NCBI GenBank assembly: GCA_948999435.1
Contig: CARJCM010000002.1
Coordinates: 1 to 56,320, forward strand
Reading direction: 5' to 3'
DNA from: an uncultured Bacilli bacterium
Lineage (GTDB): Bacteria > Bacillota_I > Bacilli_A > RF39 > UBA660
DNA: 56,320 bases
Shown here: positions 17,940-27,751 of the stretch, in pieces
Layout of the letters: every line of letters starts with the position of its first letter
Numbering within the stretch: position 1 is the first letter of the stretch
Translations under genes and position numbers: made by a program
The notes under the pieces: generated by a model
Database searches by the model: none
Told to the model about the DNA's origin: nothing
The model's input: only the letters and a program-made list of their open reading frames with translations

Positions 17940-19589
17940 CTAAAATAATCCTGATATCTTCTCATTTTTAATATCAATTTTTTCATAATTAGGAACTTTA
18001 GGAAGTCCTGGCATAGTCATAATATCATTAAATAATATTGTTATAAATTTAGCCCCTGCATAAAGTCTTACATCTTTAATAGTTATTTCATAATCTCTTG
18101 GATTTCCAAGTTTACTAGCATCATCTGATAAAGAATACTGAGTTTTCGCAACACATATAGGATATAAAGCATATTCACTATTTTTTAAATTATTTATTTT
18201 TTCTTTAGCTTCATCACTATATTTTATACTTGAAGCATGATATATTTTTTTAGCTAATTTTTCTATTTTTACATCAAGTTCATCTTCTAACTCATAAGGA
18301 TGTTTTAAAATAGAATCTTCATTTATAGCATCTAATACTTTTTCTGCTAAAGATACTGCTCCATCTCCTCCATCTAAATAAGCAGTACTAATTTCTACAC
18401 TAACACCTAAATCTTTACATAAATCACGAACTACATTTAATTCCTTATCAGTATCATCATTATATTTATTTATTGCAACTACAACAGGTATTCCATAACT
18501 TTTTAAATTTTCAATATGAGCTTTTAAATTACAACTACCTATTTTTACTGCATTAACATTTTCTCTTAAAATATCATCTTTTAAAACTCCTGCATTATAT
18601 TTAAGTGCTTTTAATGTTGCCACAAGTACTATTACATCAGGTTTTAAATTTGCTACTCTACACTTTATATCTAAAAATTTCTCAGCACCTAAATCAGCCC
18701 CAAACCCAGCTTCTGCAATTACATAATCACCCAAACTAAGAGCTGTATTAGTAGCAATTATTGTATTACATCCATGAGCAATATTAGCAAAAGGACCACC
18801 ATGTACTATAGCTGGATTTCCTTCTAAAGTTTGTACTAAATTAGGCTTTATTGCATCTTTTAAAATAGTCATCATACTACCTGTAACTTTTAAATCTTTA
18901 GCAAACACTTCTTTTTTATCATAAGTATAGCCAATAACAATGCTATCAATTCTTTCTCTTAAATCATCTTCATCACGAGCTAAACATAAGATAGCCATAA
19001 GTTCACTAGCTGCTGTAATATTAAAATGGTCTTCTCTTTCTACTTCTTTACTACTAGATAAACCAAGCTTTATAGTTCGAAGAGCTCTATCATTCATATC
19101 CATACATCTAGAAAATGTAATAGTATTAGGATTAATATTTAAAGCATTACCAAAATAAAGATGATTATCTATCGCTGCACATAACAAATTATTCGCAGTA
19201 GTTATCGCATGAAAATCTCCCGTAAAATGAAGATTAATATCTTCCATCGGAATAATTTGGGAATATCCACCACCTGTTGCCCCGCCTTTCATTCCAAAAA
19301 CTGGACCTAAAGAAGGTTCACGAAGAGCAAGAATACTTTTCTTACCCATTTTACATAATGCATCATCAAGCCCAATACTAACTGTTGTTTTGCCTTCGCC
19401 ATATGGTGTTGGTGATATTGCTGTTACTAAAACTAATTTCCCTTTTTTATTATTTTTTATTTTCGTAAAATCTATTTTAGCCTTATAATTCCCATAAAAT
19501 TCTAAAGCATCACTAGGAATGTTTAAATTTTTTGCAATATCCAAAATATTCTTTCCTTTAACTTTACTTGCTATTTCAATATCTGTCAT
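17940..19589 (-). CDS. fhs: Formate-tetrahydrofolate ligase
   Basis: Start moved to MTDIEIASKV (19589) with an AAGAGG SD. PTPYGEGKTTVSIGL P-loop and full-length similarity pattern to FTHFS. Confidence 0.95.
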   Translation of the reverse strand: MTDIEIASKVKGKNILDIAKNLNIPSDALEFYGNYKAKIDFTKIKNNKKGKLVLVTAISPTPYGEGKTTVSIGLDDALCKMGKKSILALREPSLGPVFGMKGGATGGGYSQIIPMEDINLHFTGDFHAITTANNLLCAAIDNHLYFGNALNINPNTITFSRCMDMNDRALRTIKLGLSSSKEVEREDHFNITAASELMAILCLARDEDDLRERIDSIVIGYTYDKKEVFAKDLKVTGSMMTILKDAIKPNLVQTLEGNPAIVHGGPFANIAHGCNTIIATNTALSLGDYVIAEAGFGADLGAEKFLDIKCRVANLKPDVIVLVATLKALKYNAGVLKDDILRENVNAVKIGSCNLKAHIENLKSYGIPVVVAINKYNDDTDKELNVVRDLCKDLGVSVEISTAYLDGGDGAVSLAEKVLDAINEDSILKHPYELEDELDVKIEKLAKKIYHASSIKYSDEAKEKINNLKNSEYALYPICVAKTQYSLSDDASKLGNPRDYEITIKDVRLYAGAKFITILFNDIMTMPGLPKVPNYEKIDIKNEKISGLF

Positions 19590-19614
19590 ATCTACTACCT
19601 CTTTTCTATATTTA

Positions 19615-20502
19615 TTAATCAATTGTTTCTAAAAACTTTTTAAACTCGCGAGGAAGTGGCGCTTCAAATTCCATTTCTTTTTTAGTTATTGGATGTACAA
19701 ATTTCATTTTATATGAATGTAAAAATTGTCCAAAACTTGTAGCTTCTTTTTTAGCATATACTGGATCATTATAAACCGGATAACCAATATAAGCCATATG
19801 CACTCTAATTTGATGAGTTCTTCCTGTATCTAAGATACAACTTACTAAAGTATGATTACTATATCTTTTCAAAACTTTCATGTGTGTAACTGCATTTTTA
19901 CTATTTTCTGCAGTAACACACATCCTCTCTCTAAAGTTTTTATCTCTGCCAATTGGGGCATCTATAGTTGCACTTCCTTGTTTAAAAACTCCATTTAAAA
20001 GCGCAATATATTCTCTTTTCACACGTTTTTCTTTGAAATCTTCTGCGAGTATTTCATGAGCCTTATTAGTTTTAGCTATTAAAAGTAACCCACTAGTATC
20101 TTTATCAATTCTATGAACAATTCCTGGTCTAACTTCTCCATTTATATTACTTAAATTATTTGTATAATAGATAAGTCCATTTACTAAAGTATTGGTATAA
20201 TTTCCACTTCCAGGATGTACTACTAAACCACTTGGTTTATTAATAACCATTACATATTCATCTTCATAAACTATATCTAAATCCATTTTAGTAGGAACTA
20301 TATCACATTCTTCTTTAAAATCTTCATCATTAATAATGATTTTATCATTAATTTCTACTTTATAACTAGCTTTTATTTTCTTATCATTCACTAAAATCAA
20401 ATTATTCTCTATTAATTTTTGAATAAACTCTCTTGAATATTCTGTATTATCACTTAAATATTTATCTATTCTAACATTTTCTACATTACTTACTATTTCC
20501 AT
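19615..20502 (-). CDS. rluD: 23S rRNA pseudouridine synthase RluD family
   Basis: S4-like N-terminus. Catalytic HRIDKDTSGLLLIAK. GRTHQIRVH motif. Confidence 0.9.
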   Translation of the reverse strand: MEIVSNVENVRIDKYLSDNTEYSREFIQKLIENNLILVNDKKIKASYKVEINDKIIINDEDFKEECDIVPTKMDLDIVYEDEYVMVINKPSGLVVHPGSGNYTNTLVNGLIYYTNNLSNINGEVRPGIVHRIDKDTSGLLLIAKTNKAHEILAEDFKEKRVKREYIALLNGVFKQGSATIDAPIGRDKNFRERMCVTAENSKNAVTHMKVLKRYSNHTLVSCILDTGRTHQIRVHMAYIGYPVYNDPVYAKKEATSFGQFLHSYKMKFVHPITKKEMEFEAPLPREFKKFLETID

Positions 20503-20956
20503 ATTTTTTGTCTTCTCCTTTAAAGATTGCTACTATAAGTAACAGGACTCCTACTACTATTGCTATATCTGCGATATTAAATATTGGATAATCATATCCT
20601 AATATTTTAAAATCTAAAAAATCCCTTACATAACCTAAAAATAATCTATCTGCCAAATTAGACATTATCCCTGCAACAGTACAAGCAAAAGCAATATTAT
20701 TTCTTAGATTATTTTTAAATTGAAACATAAATCTTATTAAAACTATTAAAGCTATTACCGAAAAAACAATAAATAAGTAACTATGATTATTAAGTATACT
20801 CCAAGCTCCTCCTGTATTATGAGCAACAGTAATATTAAAAAAATCTTTTACAATTACAAAACTTTCATTTAACTTAAAATATATCTCAATTAAACTTTTA
20901 GATATTTGGTCAAACAATAATATAAAGATAGCTATTACATATGTTTTCTTATTCAT
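20486..20956 (-). CDS. lspA: Lipoprotein signal peptidase II
   Basis: NTGGAWS and FNIADIAI motifs, 4 TM. Start taken at MNKKTYV (AGGTGG SD). Confidence 0.9.
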   Translation of the reverse strand: MNKKTYVIAIFILLFDQISKSLIEIYFKLNESFVIVKDFFNITVAHNTGGAWSILNNHSYLFIVFSVIALIVLIRFMFQFKNNLRNNIAFACTVAGIMSNLADRLFLGYVRDFLDFKILGYDYPIFNIADIAIVVGVLLLIVAIFKGEDKKYGNSK

Positions 20957-20987
20957 AAAATCCACCTATTTAAAGTATATCATAAAT

Positions 20988-21212
20988 TTACAAATCTACC
21001 AATATCACATCTTCACCTATTTTAACAATTTGTTCAAAAGTTACATTTACTTCTGTTTCATTTTTAAAAAGTCTTCTAAAAAATTTTTTAGGCATTACCG
21101 AAAAAAATTTTATTTGTCCAGTACTAGTAACTTCTGCATCACCAATAATACCTAGATGTCTACCATCATTTGTATTAATAACCATTTTTGTTTGTAATTC
21201 ACTTAAACGCAT
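20988..21212 (-). CDS. YlmC/YmxH family sporulation protein (PRC-barrel)
   Basis: MRLSELQTKMVINTNDGRHLGIIGDAEV...IVKIGEDVILVDL aligns with B. subtilis YmxH/YlmC. Confidence 0.8.
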   Translation of the reverse strand: MRLSELQTKMVINTNDGRHLGIIGDAEVTSTGQIKFFSVMPKKFFRRLFKNETEVNVTFEQIVKIGEDVILVDL

Positions 21213-21301
21213 AAACTTCACCTATTAAAATTTATGTTTAAAAATTAAAAAAATACAAAATAAAAAAGAAGTATCAAACTTCAAATAGAGTTTTCACTTC
21301 T

Positions 21302-21757
21302 TTATTTTACTGTACAAGTATACTTTGCACTTTCAAAAGATTTTTTAGCATTTTCAAAGTCTTTTTTACTAGCTTTTACATCTTTACCATTGCTAACCAT
21401 ACCAAGTGAACCTATATCTTTAAAATCAACTTTGATAGTAACAGTATCTTTACCATTATCTGTTATATCATATTTTAAATCTTTATATTGACTTTTAATA
21501 GTTTGTTCAAAAGCACTTTTATAAGTATTTAAATCAGTAGCTTTTAATAAATCTTCACTAACAACAGCATCTTGAGTTAATACAGCAGACTTAAATTTTC
21601 CGTTTCCTTCAAAATTAAGTAAGAAATTTTGTTTAACAATAACACCTTTTTGATCAGCAGACATATTACAATCAAGACTCTTTTCTTTACCACCACAAGC
21701 AGTAAGTAAAAATACCATTGAAATTGTTGCTAAAAATAAACCTACACGTTTCATCAA
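21302..21757 (-). CDS. Putative lipoprotein
   Basis: Signal peptide with lipobox LLTACGG. 151 aa. No catalytic motif. Confidence 0.6.
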   Translation of the reverse strand: MMKRVGLFLATISMVFLLTACGGKEKSLDCNMSADQKGVIVKQNFLLNFEGNGKFKSAVLTQDAVVSEDLLKATDLNTYKSAFEQTIKSQYKDLKYDITDNGKDTVTIKVDFKDIGSLGMVSNGKDVKASKKDFENAKKSFESAKYTCTVK

Positions 21758-21851
21758 AAACTCTACTCCTTTCTATAAACATTATATCACAAGGAAATAA
21801 AAAAAGAAGAGAATTTTAAAAATTTAATATAAAAAAATTTCTAATTTACAA

Positions 21852-22628
21852 TTACTTTATAATTCTTTTTAAACTAAGAATCGCATTTTTTTCAATACGA
21901 GACACTTGAGCTTGACTAATATTTAAAGCTTCAGCTATTTCCATTTGGGTTTTACCTACAATATATCTTTCTACTAAGACTTCTCTTTCTCTCGTCTTTA
22001 TTTGATTTAAACCTCTACGTAAAGAAATAAGCATATCTTTATCACTATTTAAATCTTTTTTATCAGCAATTTGATCTTGTAAATAAATAGTATCTCCTCC
22101 ATCATTATATATAGGTTCAAAAATACTCATCGGCTCTTTTAAAGCATCAAGTGCATAAGAAATCTTATATTCTTCAATATCAAGAGCTTTAGCAACTTCT
22201 TCATTACTCGGTTCTACTCCATTTTTATTAAAATATTCTTCTTTAAAACCAATAATACTATAAGCTAAATCCTTAATACTACGACTTACTCTCACACTAG
22301 TATTATCTCTAATATATCTTTTTACTTCTCCTAGAATTAAAGGCACTGCATATGTTGAAAGTTTAAGATTATAAGATAAATCAAAATTATCTATTGCCTT
22401 AATAAGTCCTATAACTCCTACTTGAAACAAATCATCCATATTATAATTTCCTTTATTAAAACTCCTAAGGATACTAAGAACTAATTTTAAGTTACCATTA
22501 ACCAGTTCTTCTTTAGCTTTTTCATCACCTCTTCTATATCTTTCAAATAATTTTATTGTTTCATCTCCTGTTAAAACTTTTAATTCATTAGTATTAATCC
22601 CTGTAATATCTACTTTATATCTTGCCAT
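21852..22628 (-). CDS. sigG: RNA polymerase sporulation sigma factor SigG
   Basis: MARYKVDITGINTNELKVL, DLFQVGVIGLIKAIDNFD, FEPIYNDGGDTIYLQDQIAD and GKTQMEIAEALNISQAQVSRIEK match B. subtilis SigG better than SigF. Confidence 0.85.
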   Translation of the reverse strand: MARYKVDITGINTNELKVLTGDETIKLFERYRRGDEKAKEELVNGNLKLVLSILRSFNKGNYNMDDLFQVGVIGLIKAIDNFDLSYNLKLSTYAVPLILGEVKRYIRDNTSVRVSRSIKDLAYSIIGFKEEYFNKNGVEPSNEEVAKALDIEEYKISYALDALKEPMSIFEPIYNDGGDTIYLQDQIADKKDLNSDKDMLISLRRGLNQIKTREREVLVERYIVGKTQMEIAEALNISQAQVSRIEKNAILSLKRIIK

Positions 22629-22852
22629 ATAAAAATCCTTTCTACCCCTATTTAAGAGTAAAAAGGATTATTTTTATTCATTTTTATAAATTTATCCCAT
22701 CTATTGTGTTTTCATAAAGAAATTTTGTTATTTCACCTTGATTATTAATTTCATAATATTTAATCATTCATTTTTGTAGCATATATATTATCTAAATCTC
22801 CTAAATATTCTTATAACTTAAACTAATATTTTAAAAAAATATCTACAATAAA

Positions 22853-23314
22853 CTAAATCTTTCTTATTTCATACTCCAACACTTTACATTTATCATCTAA
22901 TAAAAACTTACCTTCAAATAATTCATCTTTAAATAAATATGGAGTAAATTTTTCATTTTGTTCGAACTGCTTAATTGATAATAATTTATCTAAATCAATC
23001 CATTCTAATTTACCTTCCAAGGAATCTAAACATATATTGCCTTCATAATCACATGCCGTATAAATAAATATTATTCCCTCATAAGAATCCTGCCAATATG
23101 ATATTCCTTGTAATCTAGGATTTATTAAAGTTAAACCAGTTTCTTCTCTAAATTCTCTTAATATACAATCTAAAGGAGTTTCTCCTTTTTCAAACTTGCC
23201 ACCAGGAGGTGCATAAACTTGCCCCCACTTTTTAGTAAATTTAAGCATTAACACTTTATTATCTTTTTTTAGATAACAAACTGTTGCATTTAAATGAGCC
23301 ACCCTTTCTTTCAT
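22853..23314 (-). CDS. NUDIX hydrolase (MutT-like)
   Basis: Nudix box GGKFEKGETPLDCILREFREETGL. Start at MKERVAH (GGAGG SD). Confidence 0.8.
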   Translation of the reverse strand: MKERVAHLNATVCYLKKDNKVLMLKFTKKWGQVYAPPGGKFEKGETPLDCILREFREETGLTLINPRLQGISYWQDSYEGIIFIYTACDYEGNICLDSLEGKLEWIDLDKLLSIKQFEQNEKFTPYLFKDELFEGKFLLDDKCKVLEYEIRKI

Positions 23315-23369
23315 AAAAACCTCCATTTTCTATTTCAAATAATTTATGAATATATAATAATAAATTAAT

Positions 23370-25547
23370 TTACACTTGTAAAGGATTAAAATCAATTTCT
23401 AAAAAAACATCTTTATTAGTTGCATATAAATTATCTAAATCTTTTAACACTTTTTTTAAATCCTTATCAAATCTATATTTAACTATAATTCCAAAACGAT
23501 ATATATTTTTTAAGCGAAAATTAGCCGCAGTTGAAGGACCTAAAACAATACTTGTACTATCAACATTTTTCTTTAAGTAATTCCCCACTTTACTAGCTTC
23601 CACACTAGCTAACTTATAATCTTTACTACATATTTTAATTGCCACTATAAAATAATATGGAGGATATTTTAACACTTTTCTAATATTCATTTCATTATTA
23701 TAAAAGCCTTCATAATCATAATTTTTAACTGCTTTTATCGTCTCATTATCGGGATTAAAGGTTTGAATAATTACTTTACCAAGCCTTTCTCCTCTGCCAC
23801 TTCTTCCAGCAGCTTGACTAATAAGTTCAAAAGTCCTCTCACTACTCCGAAAATCTGGAATATTAAGAGTTGCATCAGCATTTATAATTCCTACCAAAGT
23901 ACAATCTGGAAAATCCAAACCTTTACTAATCATTTGTGTACCAAGTAAAATAGAAGCTTCTTTATTCCGAAATGCTTTAATAATTTTTTCGTGCATTCCT
24001 TTATTTGCAGTTGTATCAGCATCCATTCTAAGTACTTTTGTATTATATTTTTCTTTAATAAGCTCTTCTAATTTCTCAGTTCCAAGACCTAAAAAGTTAA
24101 GACCTTTCTCATAACATTTAGGACATATATCATCTCTAATTTTTGTAAAACCACAATAATGACATCGAAGACTATTACTAGTTTTATGATAAGTAAGACT
24201 AATTTCACAATGAGGACAACGATAAGTATAGCCACAATTACTACAAGTAATAATAGTTGAAAACCCTCTTCGATTGAGTAGTAATAAAACTTGTTCATTT
24301 CTACTAATAGTATTTTTTATTTCATTATCTAGTTCTTCACTTATAATAAAATTTCTCTTTTTAGCTTCTTCACTCATATCAACAACAATACATTCTGGCA
24401 TAGTTTTACTTATTGCTCTATTATTCAACTTTAAAAGTTTATATACACCCTTTTTAGCTCTAGCCATTGATTCCAAAGATGGTGTTGCACTCCCTAAAAC
24501 TAAAGGAGCGTTATGATAAAAACATCTTCGTTGTGCAATTTGAAGTGCATTATATCTTGGTGTATTATCTTGTTTATAAGTATCACTATGTTCTTCATCA
24601 ATAATAATAATTCCAATATTTTCAAGTGGTGCAAAAATTGCACTTCTAGTTCCGATAACAATTTTTATTTTTCCTTCAAGTATTTTTACATATTCATCAT
24701 ACTTTTCAGATATTGATAAACCACTATGTAAAATAGCTACATCACTGCCAAAATAATCATAAAATATATTAATAATTTGTTCAGTTAAACTTATCTCCGG
24801 AACTAATAATATCGCATTTTTACCACCATTTATTACTTCTTTAATCAGATTTATATATACTAAAGTTTTCCCACTCCCAGTAACTCCGTGAATTAAAAAA
24901 GTATCATTTTTATTTAGATTTGTTTTTATTGTATCAAAAACATATTGTTGTTCTTCATTTAATTTTTTAGATTCTACTTCTTTACTTTGCGCATTTATTC
25001 TATATACTTTCCGAGCTTCTATTTTAACTAAGCCAATCTTTTCGAGTTCTCTTACGATACTACTATCAACGTCTTTTTTATTAACTTCGCCCTTTAAAAT
25101 TAATAAATCTAATAAATCACATTTCTTTCCTCTATGTGTATTTATATATTCTTCTACTTTTAAAATACTAGCATTTAATAAAACATATTTTTCATATTTA
25201 TTATAATCACTTTTTTGGTCCTTTATTTTTAAACTACTAGGAAGCATAGTTTGATAAGCCGTAATTAAATTACATAAAGTTTCTTCTTTTAAAAATTTTC
25301 CTAACATTAATAGTTCTTTATTTAAAACTAAAAATTCATCTTCTATTCTTCCAATTTCTTTTAACTCAAAACTATCTTCACAAGTATCACTTATTTTTAA
25401 AACTATTCCATGAACCAATCTTGTATTAAAAGGTACCATTACTTTCATTCCAACTTTTAATTTATCTCTTAAAAATTCAGGAATAATATAAGTAAAAGTT
25501 TTATCTAATGTTTTTACTGGATATTCTATAACACAATAAGCATACAT
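23370..25547 (-). CDS. priA: Primosomal replication-restart helicase PriA
   Basis: Start at MYAYCVIEYPV (AGGGAGGG SD). GVTGSGKT, DEEH, Cys4 zinc fingers CSNCGY..CPHCE..CHYCG..CPKC. TGTATAAT extended -10 upstream. Confidence 0.95.
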   Translation of the reverse strand: MYAYCVIEYPVKTLDKTFTYIIPEFLRDKLKVGMKVMVPFNTRLVHGIVLKISDTCEDSFELKEIGRIEDEFLVLNKELLMLGKFLKEETLCNLITAYQTMLPSSLKIKDQKSDYNKYEKYVLLNASILKVEEYINTHRGKKCDLLDLLILKGEVNKKDVDSSIVRELEKIGLVKIEARKVYRINAQSKEVESKKLNEEQQYVFDTIKTNLNKNDTFLIHGVTGSGKTLVYINLIKEVINGGKNAILLVPEISLTEQIINIFYDYFGSDVAILHSGLSISEKYDEYVKILEGKIKIVIGTRSAIFAPLENIGIIIIDEEHSDTYKQDNTPRYNALQIAQRRCFYHNAPLVLGSATPSLESMARAKKGVYKLLKLNNRAISKTMPECIVVDMSEEAKKRNFIISEELDNEIKNTISRNEQVLLLLNRRGFSTIITCSNCGYTYRCPHCEISLTYHKTSNSLRCHYCGFTKIRDDICPKCYEKGLNFLGLGTEKLEELIKEKYNTKVLRMDADTTANKGMHEKIIKAFRNKEASILLGTQMISKGLDFPDCTLVGIINADATLNIPDFRSSERTFELISQAAGRSGRGERLGKVIIQTFNPDNETIKAVKNYDYEGFYNNEMNIRKVLKYPPYYFIVAIKICSKDYKLASVEASKVGNYLKKNVDSTSIVLGPSTAANFRLKNIYRFGIIVKYRFDKDLKKVLKDLDNLYATNKDVFLEIDFNPLQV

Positions 25548-26015
25548 AATGATACCCTCCCTACATCTATTATACAAAATTTTTCATCTAATTACTAACC
25601 TTAATTAAAATAAATTATTGTATTACATTTAAAATTATGTTAATATTAATTTAGTAGTGCATTAGGACATAAATGCCTACTTACCTTTGTAAGTGACATT
25701 AACTTCTATTTTATCGATTTGGATATTTCCAAAGATAATAATAGTTGTTGATGTCTTTTTGTTTTCTCTAAAGAGTAAACTTATGATTTTAGAAATTACT
25801 TTCTTAATCACTAATAAAGAAACACCTACTTTCCAACCAAAACCCCACTGGAGTAAGGGAGATAAATAAATGTCTTAAATTAGCAGACATCAGTCCTAAC
25901 GCAAGGTTTACTTTATCTTAAAAAATAAAAATAATCAAGGAATATTAAGATTTAGGGTAAGATTTTACTTATTCACGACAAAATATAACAACATTCGACA
26001 AATAAAAAAGAAGAA

Positions 26016-26174
26016 CTAGTCTTCCATATTATCAAGAGCAAACTTTATTGCCTCGATTACAAACCTAGTAAAAGTTACATCACCTTTTACTTTATTTATT
26101 TCATCAAATAATTCTTTACTAAATCTAATATTACGAAATATATATTCTTCTTTTTCTTCTATTTTAAATTTCAT
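26016..26174 (-). CDS. Small ribbon-helix-helix (CopG/Arc-like) protein, 52 aa (not in ORF track)
   Basis: ATG at 26174 with a GAGG SD 8 nt upstream, 19 nt after the stop of 26194..27579. Own translation MKFKIEEKEEYIFRNIRFSKELFDEINKVKGDVTFTRFVIEAIKFALDNMED has a beta-alpha-alpha RHH layout. Confidence 0.6.
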   Translation of the reverse strand: MKFKIEEKEEYIFRNIRFSKELFDEINKVKGDVTFTRFVIEAIKFALDNMED

Positions 26175-26193
26175 ACCAAAACCTCATTATATT

Positions 26194-27579
26194 TTAAGCC
26201 ACAACATATGGATTATTTAATGTGCCATCTCCACCATTAAATGTTACACTTGACTTAAGATTAATCACTGGACGAAGACCATAGCCTGTATTTGCAGATG
26301 CACTAGTTTCGTAAGCACTATATACATCATATATACAACTAAATGCATCAACTCTATCAGCACTTAAAGATCCATTTGCATTCACATAGAACACACCCGA
26401 GCCACCACATGCCCCTGACCAACTACTACCATAGCTTAAGTAAGATGGAGTCATTGTCCAATATTTTTGACCATTATATAAATAATATGCATTATTAGTT
26501 GCAGACTTTCCACCCGCAAATTCTACTTCATCTGCCGTTATTAAGCCTATCTTTAAAGAGTATATATCCCTGTTCGAACACGAAAGAGTCGGTTGATATT
26601 TGTTCCACAATCTATCGATTCCAGCATAGGCAAATTGCGTGCCTTTTGCACTCCACGTTGTCGCCCATGTTCCTACCCAACCTGAATACTTAGCTCCTAC
26701 ATTTCTATCATTACAATACTTTCCATCCTCAATATTTTCTACATAACTTGTTAGATTATCACTATACCATTTCTCTAACTCTGTTTTGGCATTGCTTGAA
26801 GTCCCACTTGTCTGAGGCACATTTGTTGATGGTCTTTGTTCCATAGTATATGTCCATCCTACATAATATGACTCATTACAATTAGCATTATATGCTAAAT
26901 CCGTTTTTGCTATATTATCTAAAGTTGATGTTCCATTTGCATGACATGTTGTTCCATCATAGATTAATCGGATTGATTTATCTCCATTAATTCGTACAAT
27001 TCTCCAACATTTATCAGCAAACTTTACATAGTTATTTGTTACTGCACCTCTCCAATAATAACTTGTTCCCCCATACATTCCATCTTCTGCTTTAAATACT
27101 CCTTCTTCTGTTGTTGCTGAATTTATAAAATTGGGAGTATCTGTTTTTACAGTAATATTCTCAAGTACCATTTCACTAGCAGATGATGATTTTTTATCAA
27201 AATATAAGTAACATTTATCACTTTTTGCTAAATTTTCAAATATATGTTTTCCATTATACGTATATAATTTTGCTTTCGTGTCGTGAGTTTTATTATCTAT
27301 GGTACAATAACTTCTTTCTTCATTTATTATATATCCTGTTGATGGCATTCTATCATTTATTTCTGTGTAATTAGTCCCATCTTCACTTTTATACATAGCC
27401 ATTATTTTAAAATCATATGACTTATAATTTATATTTCCTCTAACTAAAGGTATATCTTCTGTTAATTTATACTTTGCTCTAGTTGTAGTTATAGTTATCG
27501 CTGATATAACACATACTAATATCAAACCTCCTATTATAATTTTTCTTTTATGATTTTTTCTTAATCTTTCAAATTGCAT
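26194..27579 (-). CDS. Membrane-anchored/secreted protein of unknown function (paralog of 1..1069). Motifs are DUF6273-like.
   Basis: 461 aa with an N-terminal TM anchor. GMYGGTSYYWRGAVTNNYVKFADKCWRIVRINGDKSIRLIYDG. C-terminal KYWTMTPS...GLRPVINLK...GGDGTLNNPYVVA. Confidence 0.8.
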   Translation of the reverse strand: MQFERLRKNHKRKIIIGGLILVCVISAITITTTRAKYKLTEDIPLVRGNINYKSYDFKIMAMYKSEDGTNYTEINDRMPSTGYIINEERSYCTIDNKTHDTKAKLYTYNGKHIFENLAKSDKCYLYFDKKSSSASEMVLENITVKTDTPNFINSATTEEGVFKAEDGMYGGTSYYWRGAVTNNYVKFADKCWRIVRINGDKSIRLIYDGTTCHANGTSTLDNIAKTDLAYNANCNESYYVGWTYTMEQRPSTNVPQTSGTSSNAKTELEKWYSDNLTSYVENIEDGKYCNDRNVGAKYSGWVGTWATTWSAKGTQFAYAGIDRLWNKYQPTLSCSNRDIYSLKIGLITADEVEFAGGKSATNNAYYLYNGQKYWTMTPSYLSYGSSWSGACGGSGVFYVNANGSLSADRVDAFSCIYDVYSAYETSASANTGYGLRPVINLKSSVTFNGGDGTLNNPYVVA

Positions 27580-27751
27580 TATTTATTCCTACTTTCTAGT
27601 TCTAAATAATGAGCGCTCAATTATATTAGAAATTTATCATTTATATTAAAATTATAATATTTCATATAGTAATTGTCAAGAAAATTCTCATTATTTTTCC
27701 GTATATCGTTTTTTAAGATTAAAATATGAGAAAATTTAAAAGGTGATAAAC

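Noticed and set aside
22684-22782. Mini-ORFs MLQK-TGA-MIKYYEINNQGEITKFLYENTIDGINL upstream of sigG, read as one ORF if TGA codes for Trp (genetic code 4)
   Set aside because: Very long ORFs (1384, 960, 735 aa) and dense coding are obtained with TGA as a stop. Trp is encoded by TGG throughout. Code 11 explains the window.
25548-26015. Known structured RNA in the large gap (riboswitch, T-box, SRP RNA, 6S, RNase P, tmRNA)
   Set aside because: None of the signature motifs I know is present (T-box AGGGTGGNACC, RNase P GAGGAAAGTCC, SRP GGUGCUGUUU/AGCAG, tmRNA tRNA-like ends). Only a covariance-model search can settle this.
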